DNA of 64,000 nt from Acidimicrobiales bacterium (GTDB lineage Bacteria > Actinomycetota > Acidimicrobiia > Acidimicrobiales > Aldehydirespiratoraceae): assembly GCA_965117015.1 (NCBI GenBank), contig OZ220747.1, forward strand, positions 1,931,069 to 1,995,068, read 5' to 3'. Positions 50,686 to 59,507 of the stretch are shown here, one piece after another. Made by a program: the position numbers and the translations under genes. Within the stretch, counting starts at the first letter, position 1. Each line of letters opens with the position of its first letter. The notes beneath the pieces are model-generated. The model was not told the origin of the DNA. It searched no databases and saw nothing but the letters and a program-made list of their open reading frames with translations.

Positions 50686-51542
50686 AGGTCAAACCATACG
50701 TGGGCCTGACCCGTCCCCGAAACCGACTCGTACTGGCCGAACTGCACGCCCCGAGCGGTGCAGGCTCGGCCGCCTAGCGCGCCCACCATCACCAGGTAGT
50801 GGCCGAAGTAGCCCTCAGGGGCATGGCGGGAGTACTCGGGCACGAAGTCGATGATGGCGGCGTGGTCGCCGGCGGCCATCCACGACAGCACCGCTCGGTC
50901 GGCCGCGGCCGCTTCGGGGGTGCGGATGTGGAGGTCGGGGTCGGCGGCCTCGTGGTCGCGGAACTGCCGTAACGGCCAGAACCGGTGGCTGAGCCCGCCG
51001 CTGGCCAGCACCACCACTCGCCGGTCGAGGCCGGCCACGGCTTCGGCCAGCAGCTGGCCGGCCAGCAGGAAGTCGTAGGGCTCGGCCGTCTGGCAGACGC
51101 CCATCGACACCCAGCGCTCGTCGCCCTGCAGGAACCCGAGCAGGTTCACAGTGGGGTAGTGCACCGGCAGGTGCGGGTCGTCGGTGGCCGTTACCCAGGT
51201 GTCGTCGCGGTCTACGGCCGCAGCCTCGAAGGCGCGGGCCAGTTCGGGGTCGCCGGGCATGTCGTAGGGCATGGCGCACATGCCCCGGGGCAGCTCGTCG
51301 GAGGTGAACAGGCCCTTGCGCCGCGCGTGGGCGGTCACGACGTGCTCGACGGTGGTGAACCAGTGGGTGTCGACCACCACCACAGTGTCGGGCGCCGCCG
51401 CGGCCAGACGCTCGGCCCGGAGCGCGTGGAGGCCCGCAAAGAGTGTGGTGTCTTCACCGCCGTTGAGGGCCCTCCGCTCGTGTTCGGGCATCACCAGCGG
51501 AGGCACGTGAGACACGAGCGCGGCCCCCACAATCGATCCCAT
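50682..51542 (-). CDS. class III extradiol ring-cleavage dioxygenase (LigB family)
   Basis: 286 aa. The N-terminus GAALVSHVPPL, DTHW and SGGLSH patterns are typical of LigB-type catalytic subunits. Confidence 0.8.
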   Translation of the reverse strand: MGSIVGAALVSHVPPLVMPEHERRALNGGEDTTLFAGLHALRAERLAAAAPDTVVVVDTHWFTTVEHVVTAHARRKGLFTSDELPRGMCAMPYDMPGDPELARAFEAAAVDRDDTWVTATDDPHLPVHYPTVNLLGFLQGDERWVSMGVCQTAEPYDFLLAGQLLAEAVAGLDRRVVVLASGGLSHRFWPLRQFRDHEAADPDLHIRTPEAAAADRAVLSWMAAGDHAAIIDFVPEYSRHAPEGYFGHYLVMVGALGGRACTARGVQFGQYESVSGTGQAHVWFDL

Positions 51543-51571
51543 CGCCCAGACCTCCCGCTAGCTGGGCCGCA

Positions 51572-52852
51572 TCATGCCACCACCCGGACGGGAAGGTGCT
51601 TGATGCCGGCGATGAAGTTGGACCGCATGTACTGGGGCTCGCCGTCGGGTTCGAGCCGTTCGACCCGCTTCATGAGCTCTTCGAACACCAGGCGAGCCTC
51701 CATGCGGGCCAGCCACGCTCCCAGGCACAGGTGGGGGCCGTTGCGTCCGAAGGCCATGTGGTCGTTGGGGTCGCGGGCCAGGTCGAAGCGCCACGGGTGA
51801 CCGAACCCGTCGTCGTCGTGGTTGGCCGAGCAGAACCACATCACCACCTTGTCGCCCGCGGCGATGCTCTGCCCGCCGAGGGTGACCTCACGGGTGGCGG
51901 TGCGGCGGAAGTGCATGGTCACCGCGCTGGTGCGCAGGATCTCCTCCACTGCCGTCGCGGTGAGCGACGGGTCGGCCCGCCAGGCCCGCCAGAGGCTCGG
52001 ATGGAGCATCATCGTGCGCAGGCCGTGGGTCATGGTGTAGCGGGTGGTGTCGTTGCCGGCGGCGATGAGCAGGGTGAAGAAGTTCTTGAACTCCAGGTCG
52101 CTGAGGGGCTCGCCGTCGCGGGTGGGGGCCAGCAGTTGGGTGATCACGTCGTTGCGGGGGCAGGCCCGGCGCTCCGCGGCCTGGCGCTCGGCGTAGTCGA
52201 ACACCTCGATGGCGGCCGGGCTGCGGAACGGCATGAGCCGGTACTCCTCGGTGTCGGCCGTGTCGATCACGTGGGTGGTGAACTCCGGGTCGCTGTTGCC
52301 CAGGAAGGCGTCGCCCCACTCCACCAGCTGGTGGCCGTCGGCGTCGCTGGTGCCCAGCAGGCGGCCCAGCATCCGCATGGGCAGCTTGGCCGCCACTTCG
52401 GTGACGAAGTCGAAGGCGTCGGCGGTGAGGGCCTCGTCGAGCACTTCGGCGGCCAGGGCCCGGATGGAGTCCTCGTACGACTCGACGGTGCGGCGGGTGA
52501 ACCCCCGGTTGACGAGCCGCCGCAGCCGGGTGTGCTCGGGCGGGTCGAGCTCCATCATCGTGCGGCGGGCCTCGAGCTCGTCGTCGTCCATCTCCTCGAG
52601 GCGGATGCCCCGGGAGGAGGTGAACGTCTCGACGTCGCGGCTCACGGCCAGGGCGTCGTGGTAGCGGGTGACCGACCAGAAGCCGGAGCCGTCGGCCTCG
52701 GGGGTCCAGTGCACCGGGTCCTCGCGGCGCAGCCGGGTGAAGGTGGCGTGGGGCACCCCGGAGGTGAAGGAGTCGTGGGAGGACAGGTCGGCGTCGCCGT
52801 CGCCGTGGTCGGGCAGGTAGCCGTCCACGAACGTGGCCGTCACTGTGCTCAT
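51572..52852 (-). CDS. cytochrome P450
   Basis: In-frame ATG at 52852 (ATGA overlap with the upstream gene) in track ORF 51572..52978. Heme loop FGRNGPHLCLG, AGNDTT and LDPPEHTRLRRLV. 426 aa. It is a paralogue-like relative of the P450 at 44156. Confidence 0.9.
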   Translation of the reverse strand: MSTVTATFVDGYLPDHGDGDADLSSHDSFTSGVPHATFTRLRREDPVHWTPEADGSGFWSVTRYHDALAVSRDVETFTSSRGIRLEEMDDDELEARRTMMELDPPEHTRLRRLVNRGFTRRTVESYEDSIRALAAEVLDEALTADAFDFVTEVAAKLPMRMLGRLLGTSDADGHQLVEWGDAFLGNSDPEFTTHVIDTADTEEYRLMPFRSPAAIEVFDYAERQAAERRACPRNDVITQLLAPTRDGEPLSDLEFKNFFTLLIAAGNDTTRYTMTHGLRTMMLHPSLWRAWRADPSLTATAVEEILRTSAVTMHFRRTATREVTLGGQSIAAGDKVVMWFCSANHDDDGFGHPWRFDLARDPNDHMAFGRNGPHLCLGAWLARMEARLVFEELMKRVERLEPDGEPQYMRSNFIAGIKHLPVRVVA

Positions 52853-53664
52853 GAACCCGCTTTGGGGTTGGGGGCGGCCCACAGGGTGGTGCCGCCGGCC
52901 ATGGACGTGCCGACCTGGCGGTAGTAGCCGCCGATCATCTCGACGGGTTGCAGCCGGTGCAGTTCCTCGGTGGGGCACTCGGGCAGCACCAGCTCGGCGT
53001 CACCGGCGTACACCGGTCCTAGGTCGGCGTCGTAGCCCCGCATGGTGACCAGCTCGTCGAGCGAGTCGTGCCCGTCGGCCTCCATGGCCGGCATCTGGCG
53101 GCTGTGCAGCATCGGGTGGCCGTTGACGAAGCCGGGGGTGTCGGCGATGCCGGTGATGGTGAACCGGGCCTCGGCGATGCGCCGGCCCCAGGTGCTGAGA
53201 GTTGCTCCGAAGCGGCCACCCACCTCCAGGCGCGGCCCGGCCCGCCCCACGGTCACCGGCCTAGTCATGGCGATCTCGGCCATCTTCTTGGGGTAGCCCT
53301 GGAAGTGGCCCCTGGCCATGGCGAAGTCCTTGTCCACCCAGATGTAGGCCGCCCGGCTGTAGGTGGAGCCCTGGAACTTGCAGCGCACCACCGCGAACAC
53401 CTCCCGGTACTGGGCCCGCACCGGGTCGAGCAGCTCCTCGAAGGTGTCGCCGCAGCTCTGCCACTCGGCCCAGATCATGGCCACCGCGCCGGGATCGTCC
53501 TCGGCCGGCTCCAACGGGTCGGGCAGCAGCTCGGCCACCCGGTCCGGGTCGGTGCGGTACTCCACCGTCAGCATGTCACCGGAGTAGTGCCAGGGCGGCG
53601 CAGGCACGATGCCCGCTGCCCCGGTGGGCGTTCTCGGGTACATGAACCCCTGAAGCTCAGCCAC
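52849..53664 (-). CDS. acetoacetate decarboxylase family protein (ADC/MppR-like)
   Basis: 271 aa. The N-terminus YPRTP...PAPPWHYSGDMLTVEY is typical of the ADC fold family. The start is GTG 53664 or ATG 53643. Confidence 0.7.
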   Translation of the reverse strand: MAELQGFMYPRTPTGAAGIVPAPPWHYSGDMLTVEYRTDPDRVAELLPDPLEPAEDDPGAVAMIWAEWQSCGDTFEELLDPVRAQYREVFAVVRCKFQGSTYSRAAYIWVDKDFAMARGHFQGYPKKMAEIAMTRPVTVGRAGPRLEVGGRFGATLSTWGRRIAEARFTITGIADTPGFVNGHPMLHSRQMPAMEADGHDSLDELVTMRGYDADLGPVYAGDAELVLPECPTEELHRLQPVEMIGGYYRQVGTSMAGGTTLWAAPNPKAGS

Positions 53665-53677
53665 GCCTCAACCCTAT

Positions 53678-53695
53678 TCGTTTGGCACCGAACGA
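53678..53695. promoter_or_regulatory. palindromic operator-like box, copy A (TCGTTTGGCACCGAACGA)
   Basis: 18-bp imperfect palindrome TCGTTnGGnnCCnAACGA. Positions 53672-53699 match 60969-60996 at 25 of 28 nt, including 16 contiguous identical nt (GGCACCGAACGATCAA). It lies in the divergent region between the ADC-P450-LigB-GATase operon and the amidohydrolase-ABC operon. Confidence 0.5.
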
Positions 53696-53811
53696 TCAAC
53701 GGCACAGATCGATCTCACAACTCGAAAGTACTCCAGACGGGGTCGATGCGATAAAGAAAATCGGTAGATCTGCCGATAGGCGTGAACTTCGTCCTTTGCT
53801 TCAATCGCCTC

Positions 53812-55518
53812 ATGGCTCGCGACTTGGGCGCGCCCGATCTGGTACTCACGAACGGGCAGATCGTTACGGCGTGTGGCGACAAGGTCGTCGAGGCGATGGC
53901 CGTGAGCGGCAGCCGCGTGTGTGCCGTTGGCCACAACGACGACGTGTCGCCTCTCGCCGGACCTCGCACTGAAGTGGTCGACCTGGACGGTCGGACCGTC
54001 GTGCCCGGCATCAACGATTCGCACATGCACATCGGCTACTTCGGCGCAGTGCGTCCCCCGCTTGCGGTGGATGTCGGGTTTCCCGCGGTCAGGTCCATCA
54101 CGGACGTGGTCGATGCGGTCAGGTCGGCCCGTCCGGTCAACGGGTGGATAAAGGGGAACGGCTGGGACATCGGCTACCTCGGGGACGCCCATCCGGAACG
54201 CCTCCCGAATCGGGACGACCTCGACGCGGCCACACCGGACGTTCCCGTCGCGCTGCGCGACTTCTCTGGACACCAACTCTGGGTCAACAGCAGGGCCTTG
54301 GAGCTGGCAGGGATCGACCAGGACACCCCGGACCCACCCGACGGCGTGATCGTCAGGGACCACGGCCGGCGACCGACGGGACTGCTGCGCGAAGCGGCCG
54401 GTGCCCTTGTCGATCGGCAGGTGCCGCCCCTGACCGACGCCGAGCTCGATCAAGCCTTGGACACCGTCCGGGAGATCGTTCACGCCGAAGGCATCACCTC
54501 GGTCACCGACGCGGCGCTCGGCCCGGGCGGGAACGCATTCGAGGGAGGTGCCGCCGGTGAGCGGCTGCTACAGCGACTGGCCGAGCGGGCCGGGCCCCAG
54601 GACTTCGCGCTCCGCACGACCGTGCTGCTGGCCTTCAGTCCACCCACAACGTCGAATCTCGGTGACGTGACCAAGCATCTCGGCTCCTTCGTTCCGCCAC
54701 CGGAGAAGCCGGGCTGGTTCCGGGTTGCCGGCATCAAGCTTTTCGCCGACGGGGTCCCCCCGAACAAGACGGCCTGGCTGACGCAGCAGTATGCGGGAGG
54801 AGGCTGCGGCTGCCTGACCATCGCCGGTGAGACCGACGGTGAACGGCTCGCGGATCTTGGCGCCATGATCGAACTCGCCCACAGGGCAGGACACCAGATC
54901 GGCGTTCACGTGACCGGCGACCGCGCCATCGACGCGACCGTCAGCGCCTTCGTCCGAGCCCAGAATCTGAGTCCTCGGCCGGACCCCAGGCACTACGTGA
55001 TCCACGCCGACCTCGCCGGCCCGGAGGCTCTGAGCCTGCTGGCGGTCCACGGGTTCGGCGCGAGCATGCAGCCGGCCATCAAGTGGACCATCGCCGACCT
55101 CATGAGGGACATGCTCGGCAAGGAGCGGGCCGACTACCAGTGGCCGATGCGGTCGGCGCTCGATGCCGGCGTGCGGGTGACCTCGAGTTCGGACGCGCCG
55201 ATCACATTCCCGAACTGGCGCCAGGGCGTCGAGACGGCCGTATTGCGCGAGTCCAAAGCGACTGGCGAGGTTCACGGTCCCCAGGAGCGAATAACCGTCC
55301 TGGAGGCGATCCGGACCTTCACGATCGACGGCGCATGGCAGGACCGGGCGGAGAGCTGGAAGGGCAGCCTCGTGCCGGGGATGGTCGCCGACTACTGCGT
55401 CCTCGACGGCCGCCTCCTCGGCACGGACGAGCGCCAGATCGCCAAGACGCCGATCGCCGCGACCGTCGTCGACGGACGGCTGGTCTTCGGTCAATTCCCC
55501 GGCGCCGGGAGCCCCTGA
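53812..55518 (+). CDS. amidohydrolase family protein (YtcJ-like, amidohydrolase_3)
   Basis: ATG at 53812 in track ORF 53782..55518. Metal-binding GINDSHMH, a long insertion domain and a C-terminal SSSDAP. 568 aa. Confidence 0.85.
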   Translation: MARDLGAPDLVLTNGQIVTACGDKVVEAMAVSGSRVCAVGHNDDVSPLAGPRTEVVDLDGRTVVPGINDSHMHIGYFGAVRPPLAVDVGFPAVRSITDVVDAVRSARPVNGWIKGNGWDIGYLGDAHPERLPNRDDLDAATPDVPVALRDFSGHQLWVNSRALELAGIDQDTPDPPDGVIVRDHGRRPTGLLREAAGALVDRQVPPLTDAELDQALDTVREIVHAEGITSVTDAALGPGGNAFEGGAAGERLLQRLAERAGPQDFALRTTVLLAFSPPTTSNLGDVTKHLGSFVPPPEKPGWFRVAGIKLFADGVPPNKTAWLTQQYAGGGCGCLTIAGETDGERLADLGAMIELAHRAGHQIGVHVTGDRAIDATVSAFVRAQNLSPRPDPRHYVIHADLAGPEALSLLAVHGFGASMQPAIKWTIADLMRDMLGKERADYQWPMRSALDAGVRVTSSSDAPITFPNWRQGVETAVLRESKATGEVHGPQERITVLEAIRTFTIDGAWQDRAESWKGSLVPGMVADYCVLDGRLLGTDERQIAKTPIAATVVDGRLVFGQFPGAGSP

Positions 55519-55552
55519 TCGACCACGGACAAGTCAACTGGAGGGATTACCA

Positions 55553-56932
55553 ATGCCCAATCGAACAAGCCCACTGAAGCGACTGGCGGTCGCGCTCGTC
55601 ATTCTGGCCGCGACCGCGTCCGGCTGCGGAGACGACCCCGCACCCGACGAGGAGTCGGCGGCCGAGTCGGCGACGTCGGTGACGGTCGAACAGGAGGTCG
55701 AGCAGGAACCGGAGACCAGCGCACCCGTCGATGACGGCGAGGAAGCTTCCGCGCCGGAGGAACCGGACGCGTCTGAGGACGATCCGCCTGCGACGACAGC
55801 GGCACCCGTGGAGGAGGAGGAGGAGGAGGAGGGCGCGGCCGCCACTGCGCCAGACCTTGGCCCGATCCGGTTGGGAGCGATCTCCACGCTCACCGGACCA
55901 GCCTCGTTCCCCGAGTCGCACTCGGCCGCACAGGCTGTGTTCGACCGGGTCAACGCGGCCGGCGGGATCGGCGGGCGCATGATCTCCTACATCGTCGAGG
56001 ACGACGGGTTCGATCCGGCTCTGGCCGCGCAGGCCGCCCGGCGGCTGGCCGACGAGGAAGGTGTCGTGGCCATGGTTGGATCCGCGAGCCTGCTCGAGTG
56101 CGCGGTGAATGCCGGGTTCTACGCCGAGGTCGGCCTCTACTCCATACAGGGCACCGGCATCGATCCGGTCTGTTTCGCCACCTCGAACATCTCGCCGGTC
56201 AACACCGGCCCGTTCTTCTCCGATGCGGTGGCGCTGTTCTACGCGAGCGAGGAGCTAGGAGCCACCAACGTCTGCTTCGGAGCCTTCGACGTCCCCGACT
56301 TCCAGCCGGCATACGAAGCGGCCGTCGCGGAATGGACTGCGGCCACCGGCAAGCAACTGGCTTACAGCGACACGACGCTGATCTTCGACGGTGATCTGAC
56401 GCCGTTCATGCTCGAGCTTGAGAGCAACGGCTGCGACGCGGCCGTAGTGCAGGCCAACGACTTCCACTACGCGGCGATGATGCAGATCCGTGAGGCCCAA
56501 GGGCTCGACGTGCAGATCATTGGCCTGACCTCTGGATACACCGCAGCCTTGGCCGAGCAGTTGGGTGCCACCGGCAACGGCCTGGTGCTTGCGTCTGAGT
56601 TCGAGCCGTTCACCGACACCGGCAGCGCCGTGTTGAGCGATTGGCGGGCACTGATGGAAGAAGCCGGCGTGCCCCAGACATCCTTCGCCGAGGGCGGCTA
56701 CTTGGCGGCCACCATCATGGTCGGCGTCTTGGAGGGAATTGACGGCGAGATAACCCGGGAATCGGTGGCCGCGGCCCTTCTCGGGCTCGAGCCCGTAGAC
56801 ACCGGCCTCACCGGAACGCCCTACGCGTTCGGGGATGGTGACGCTCATGGATCGAACCGGGCCGCGAAGTTCGTCGAACTCGTCGACGGAGCCTGGGTAG
56901 TCAAGACACCGGAGTGGATCGTCGTTCCGTGA
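55553..56932 (+). CDS. Liv-type ABC substrate-binding lipoprotein
   Basis: 459 aa with the lipobox LAATASGCGDD and an acidic linker including E7 encoded by (GAG)7 at 55811-55831. A LivK-like body follows (IRLGAISTLTGPASF..., VNAAGGIGGR). Confidence 0.8.
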   Translation: MPNRTSPLKRLAVALVILAATASGCGDDPAPDEESAAESATSVTVEQEVEQEPETSAPVDDGEEASAPEEPDASEDDPPATTAAPVEEEEEEEGAAATAPDLGPIRLGAISTLTGPASFPESHSAAQAVFDRVNAAGGIGGRMISYIVEDDGFDPALAAQAARRLADEEGVVAMVGSASLLECAVNAGFYAEVGLYSIQGTGIDPVCFATSNISPVNTGPFFSDAVALFYASEELGATNVCFGAFDVPDFQPAYEAAVAEWTAATGKQLAYSDTTLIFDGDLTPFMLELESNGCDAAVVQANDFHYAAMMQIREAQGLDVQIIGLTSGYTAALAEQLGATGNGLVLASEFEPFTDTGSAVLSDWRALMEEAGVPQTSFAEGGYLAATIMVGVLEGIDGEITRESVAAALLGLEPVDTGLTGTPYAFGDGDAHGSNRAAKFVELVDGAWVVKTPEWIVVP

Positions 56933-56968
56933 TGCCGCCCCGTTGGGTCGTCTCCAGTCCGCCGGGGC

Positions 56969-57826
56969 ATGATCCGCTCCCTCGCAGCGTCGCTGAGTTC
57001 CGGCGCGGCCTACGCGCTGTTCGGGGTGTGCATCGTGCTCGTGTACCGCATGACGGGCACGCTCAACTTCGCCATAACCGCAGTCGGCGCGCTCGGTGCG
57101 TTCACGATGCTCGCGCTGGTCGAGACCGGCACGGCCATCGTGGCGGCCGCGGCCGTGGCCGTGGCTATGGGCGCCGCGATCGGCGCAGCGATGGGGACGC
57201 TCTTTGCGTCGTGGTTCCGCGACAGTGAGCGGCTGACAAGGAGCACCGTAACCATCGCGGTCCTGCTCGGGTTGCTGGCCGCTGGGTTCAGAGTGTTCGG
57301 CGACAAGCCGCGGGTGGGCCACCCCTTCTTCGGAGGGCATTTTGAGGAGCTTGCCGGGGTGCGAGTCACCTACGACACCATGATGGCCGTCCTGCTTGCG
57401 CTGGCCGTTGGCACAGCCGCGAGCCTGGTCCTGCACCGGACCCGTGTCGGCATCCGCCTGCGGGCCATGGCCGAGGACCCCGTCACCGCCGAAGTCGACG
57501 GCGTGCCCGTCGGCGGGTTGACGGTGGCTGTGTGGGGAGTGTCGGGGGCCGTCGCGGCACTCGGCGCCATTCTCGTTGGCCCGAGCAGGCCGGCCGCCTT
57601 CGCGCCGTTGGTTTTCTTGCTGCTGCCGGGCCTGGCCGCCGCCCTCGCCGGCCGGTTCTCACGGGTATGGACCACCCTGGGGACGGGGTTTGTCATCGCC
57701 TTCCTGGAGGCCCACTCCGGGCGCTTCTCCGACATCAGCCGTTACCGCGGAACGATCCCGTTCCTGTTCATCCTGGGGCTGCTGTTGTGGCAGCGCAGAG
57801 CAGAGGCGTGGGATGACGCGCGCTGA
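56969..57826 (+). CDS. LivH-like ABC transporter permease
   Basis: 285 aa multi-TM protein positioned between the SBP and the permease-ATPase fusion. Confidence 0.8.
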   Translation: MIRSLAASLSSGAAYALFGVCIVLVYRMTGTLNFAITAVGALGAFTMLALVETGTAIVAAAAVAVAMGAAIGAAMGTLFASWFRDSERLTRSTVTIAVLLGLLAAGFRVFGDKPRVGHPFFGGHFEELAGVRVTYDTMMAVLLALAVGTAASLVLHRTRVGIRLRAMAEDPVTAEVDGVPVGGLTVAVWGVSGAVAALGAILVGPSRPAAFAPLVFLLLPGLAAALAGRFSRVWTTLGTGFVIAFLEAHSGRFSDISRYRGTIPFLFILGLLLWQRRAEAWDDAR

Positions 57827-59507
57827 CGCCCGCTTCGTGGCCGTCGCGATCCTGGCCGGTGTCTCGGTCTCGTTCTTGAGCGACTTCCGCATCTTCCTCG
57901 CGACCGGCGCGATCATCACCGCCGTCATCGCACGCTCCCTCGGGTTCCTCCACGCGGACACCCGGATGGTGTCGCTGTGCCAGATGAGTCTGGCCGGCGT
58001 CGGGGGCTGGACAGTCGGGTGGCTCACCCTCAACACCGGGGTTCCCGTCGAAGTGGCCTTGCTGTTGGGCGGTGTCGCCGCCGTTCCGGTGGGGGTGGTG
58101 GTGGGCCTTCCGGCCCTGCGCTTGCGGGGTGTGGACTTCGCGGTGGTGACCCTCGGATTCGCGGCCGCGATCCAGGTGGCGGTGTTCAATCGCGGGTTTC
58201 CCGGCACCCGTACGAACTTCACGGTGCCCCGTCCCGGCGTTGCGGTGTCCGAGGTGCGCTTCCTGTGGTTCGCGCTGGTCGTTGCTGTCCTGCTCGAACT
58301 TGGCCTGCGTCTGCTGCGCCGCCGGTCGGTCGGGATCAGATGGGCGCTGGTGGGGCAATCGGAGCGGGCGACGGCGGCCGCCGGCCACTCGGTGGTCGTC
58401 GCCAAGCTCACCGCCTTCGCGGCCAGTGCCTTCGTAGCGGGCACAGCCGGAGGCCTGCTTGCTATCCAGATCGGGCGGCTGTCGGCCCGCCAACTCGAAC
58501 CCTTCGACTCGCTGGTCGTGTTCGCGTTGACGGTCATGGCCGGCTCAGCGAGCGTGGTTGGCGCCGCACTGGCCGGGATCCTGTCGTCGTGGATGCCCGA
58601 GTTGCTGCGGCTGTTGGGCTGGTCCCAGGACGTCGGCCCGATGATCTTCGCCGCCGGGGCGGCGCAGGTGCTGAGCCAGGGCGGCAGCGGCATCGCCGGT
58701 CAGTGGCTTGCGCTGGCCGCTAGGTTCAGCCGCAGGAGAGCCAAGCGCCAGCCGGATCGATCCGGTGTCGGCCATTGCCCGCCGCCGCCCGCGGGCATGT
58801 CTGGCCTGGTGGTGGAGGACCTGACCGTCGACTACGGGTCGGTACGGGCCGTCTGCGGGGTATACGTGGAAGTCGGGCCGGGCGAGGTGGTGGGGTTGAT
58901 CGGCCCCAACGGAGCCGGGAAGTCGAGCCTCGTCGACGCCGTGACGGGTTACGTGCCGATCAGCGGCGGATGGATGGGCTTGGGGCGCGATCCCTTGATC
59001 GGGATGCCGGTTCATCGCCGGGTCAGGTCGGGCCTGGCGCGCACGTTCCAGCGGGAGCGGACTCCGGTGAACCTCGCGGTGGGGCAATTCCTCGCCGTGG
59101 CTGGGCGCAACCGCACGTCGGCCGACCAGAGGGACTGGCTTCTGGCGCTCCTCGACCTGCCCACCCCGGTGACGTCGATAGCACAACTCGACACCGCTGC
59201 GCGCCGTCGCCTGGAGTTGGCGGCCGCTTTCAGCAGCGCTCCTACCGTGGCTCTCGTCGACGAGCCCGCCGCGGGCCTGACCGACGAGGAATCCAGTCGC
59301 CTCGGTTCGGCCTTGAGGACCGTTTCCGAAGAATGGGGCATCGGCATACTGCTGATCGAGCACGACCTCCGTCTAGTGCGACAGGTCTGCCAGTCGCTGA
59401 TCGTCCTCGATCGGGGCGTGGTGATAGCCGCCGGTCCGACCCAGCGAACTCTGGACGACCCGCGGGTCATGGCCTCCTACCTGGGTGTCGAGGGCGAGCC
59501 CTCGTGA
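57813..59507 (+). CDS. fused LivM-like permease / LivG-like ATP-binding protein
   Basis: In-frame ATG at 57813 in track ORF 57576..59507, with a 14-nt overlap with livH. A permease half is followed by an ATPase half (GPNGAGKSS; VALVDEPAAG). 564 aa. Confidence 0.8.
   Translation: MTRADARFVAVAILAGVSVSFLSDFRIFLATGAIITAVIARSLGFLHADTRMVSLCQMSLAGVGGWTVGWLTLNTGVPVEVALLLGGVAAVPVGVVVGLPALRLRGVDFAVVTLGFAAAIQVAVFNRGFPGTRTNFTVPRPGVAVSEVRFLWFALVVAVLLELGLRLLRRRSVGIRWALVGQSERATAAAGHSVVVAKLTAFAASAFVAGTAGGLLAIQIGRLSARQLEPFDSLVVFALTVMAGSASVVGAALAGILSSWMPELLRLLGWSQDVGPMIFAAGAAQVLSQGGSGIAGQWLALAARFSRRRAKRQPDRSGVGHCPPPPAGMSGLVVEDLTVDYGSVRAVCGVYVEVGPGEVVGLIGPNGAGKSSLVDAVTGYVPISGGWMGLGRDPLIGMPVHRRVRSGLARTFQRERTPVNLAVGQFLAVAGRNRTSADQRDWLLALLDLPTPVTSIAQLDTAARRRLELAAAFSSAPTVALVDEPAAGLTDEESSRLGSALRTVSEEWGIGILLIEHDLRLVRQVCQSLIVLDRGVVIAAGPTQRTLDDPRVMASYLGVEGEPS

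Noticed and set aside
55811-55831. (GAG)7 trinucleotide repeat as a phase-variation switch
   Set aside because: It is an in-frame triplet repeat encoding E7 in the SBP linker. Slippage would only change linker length and would not switch the gene on or off.
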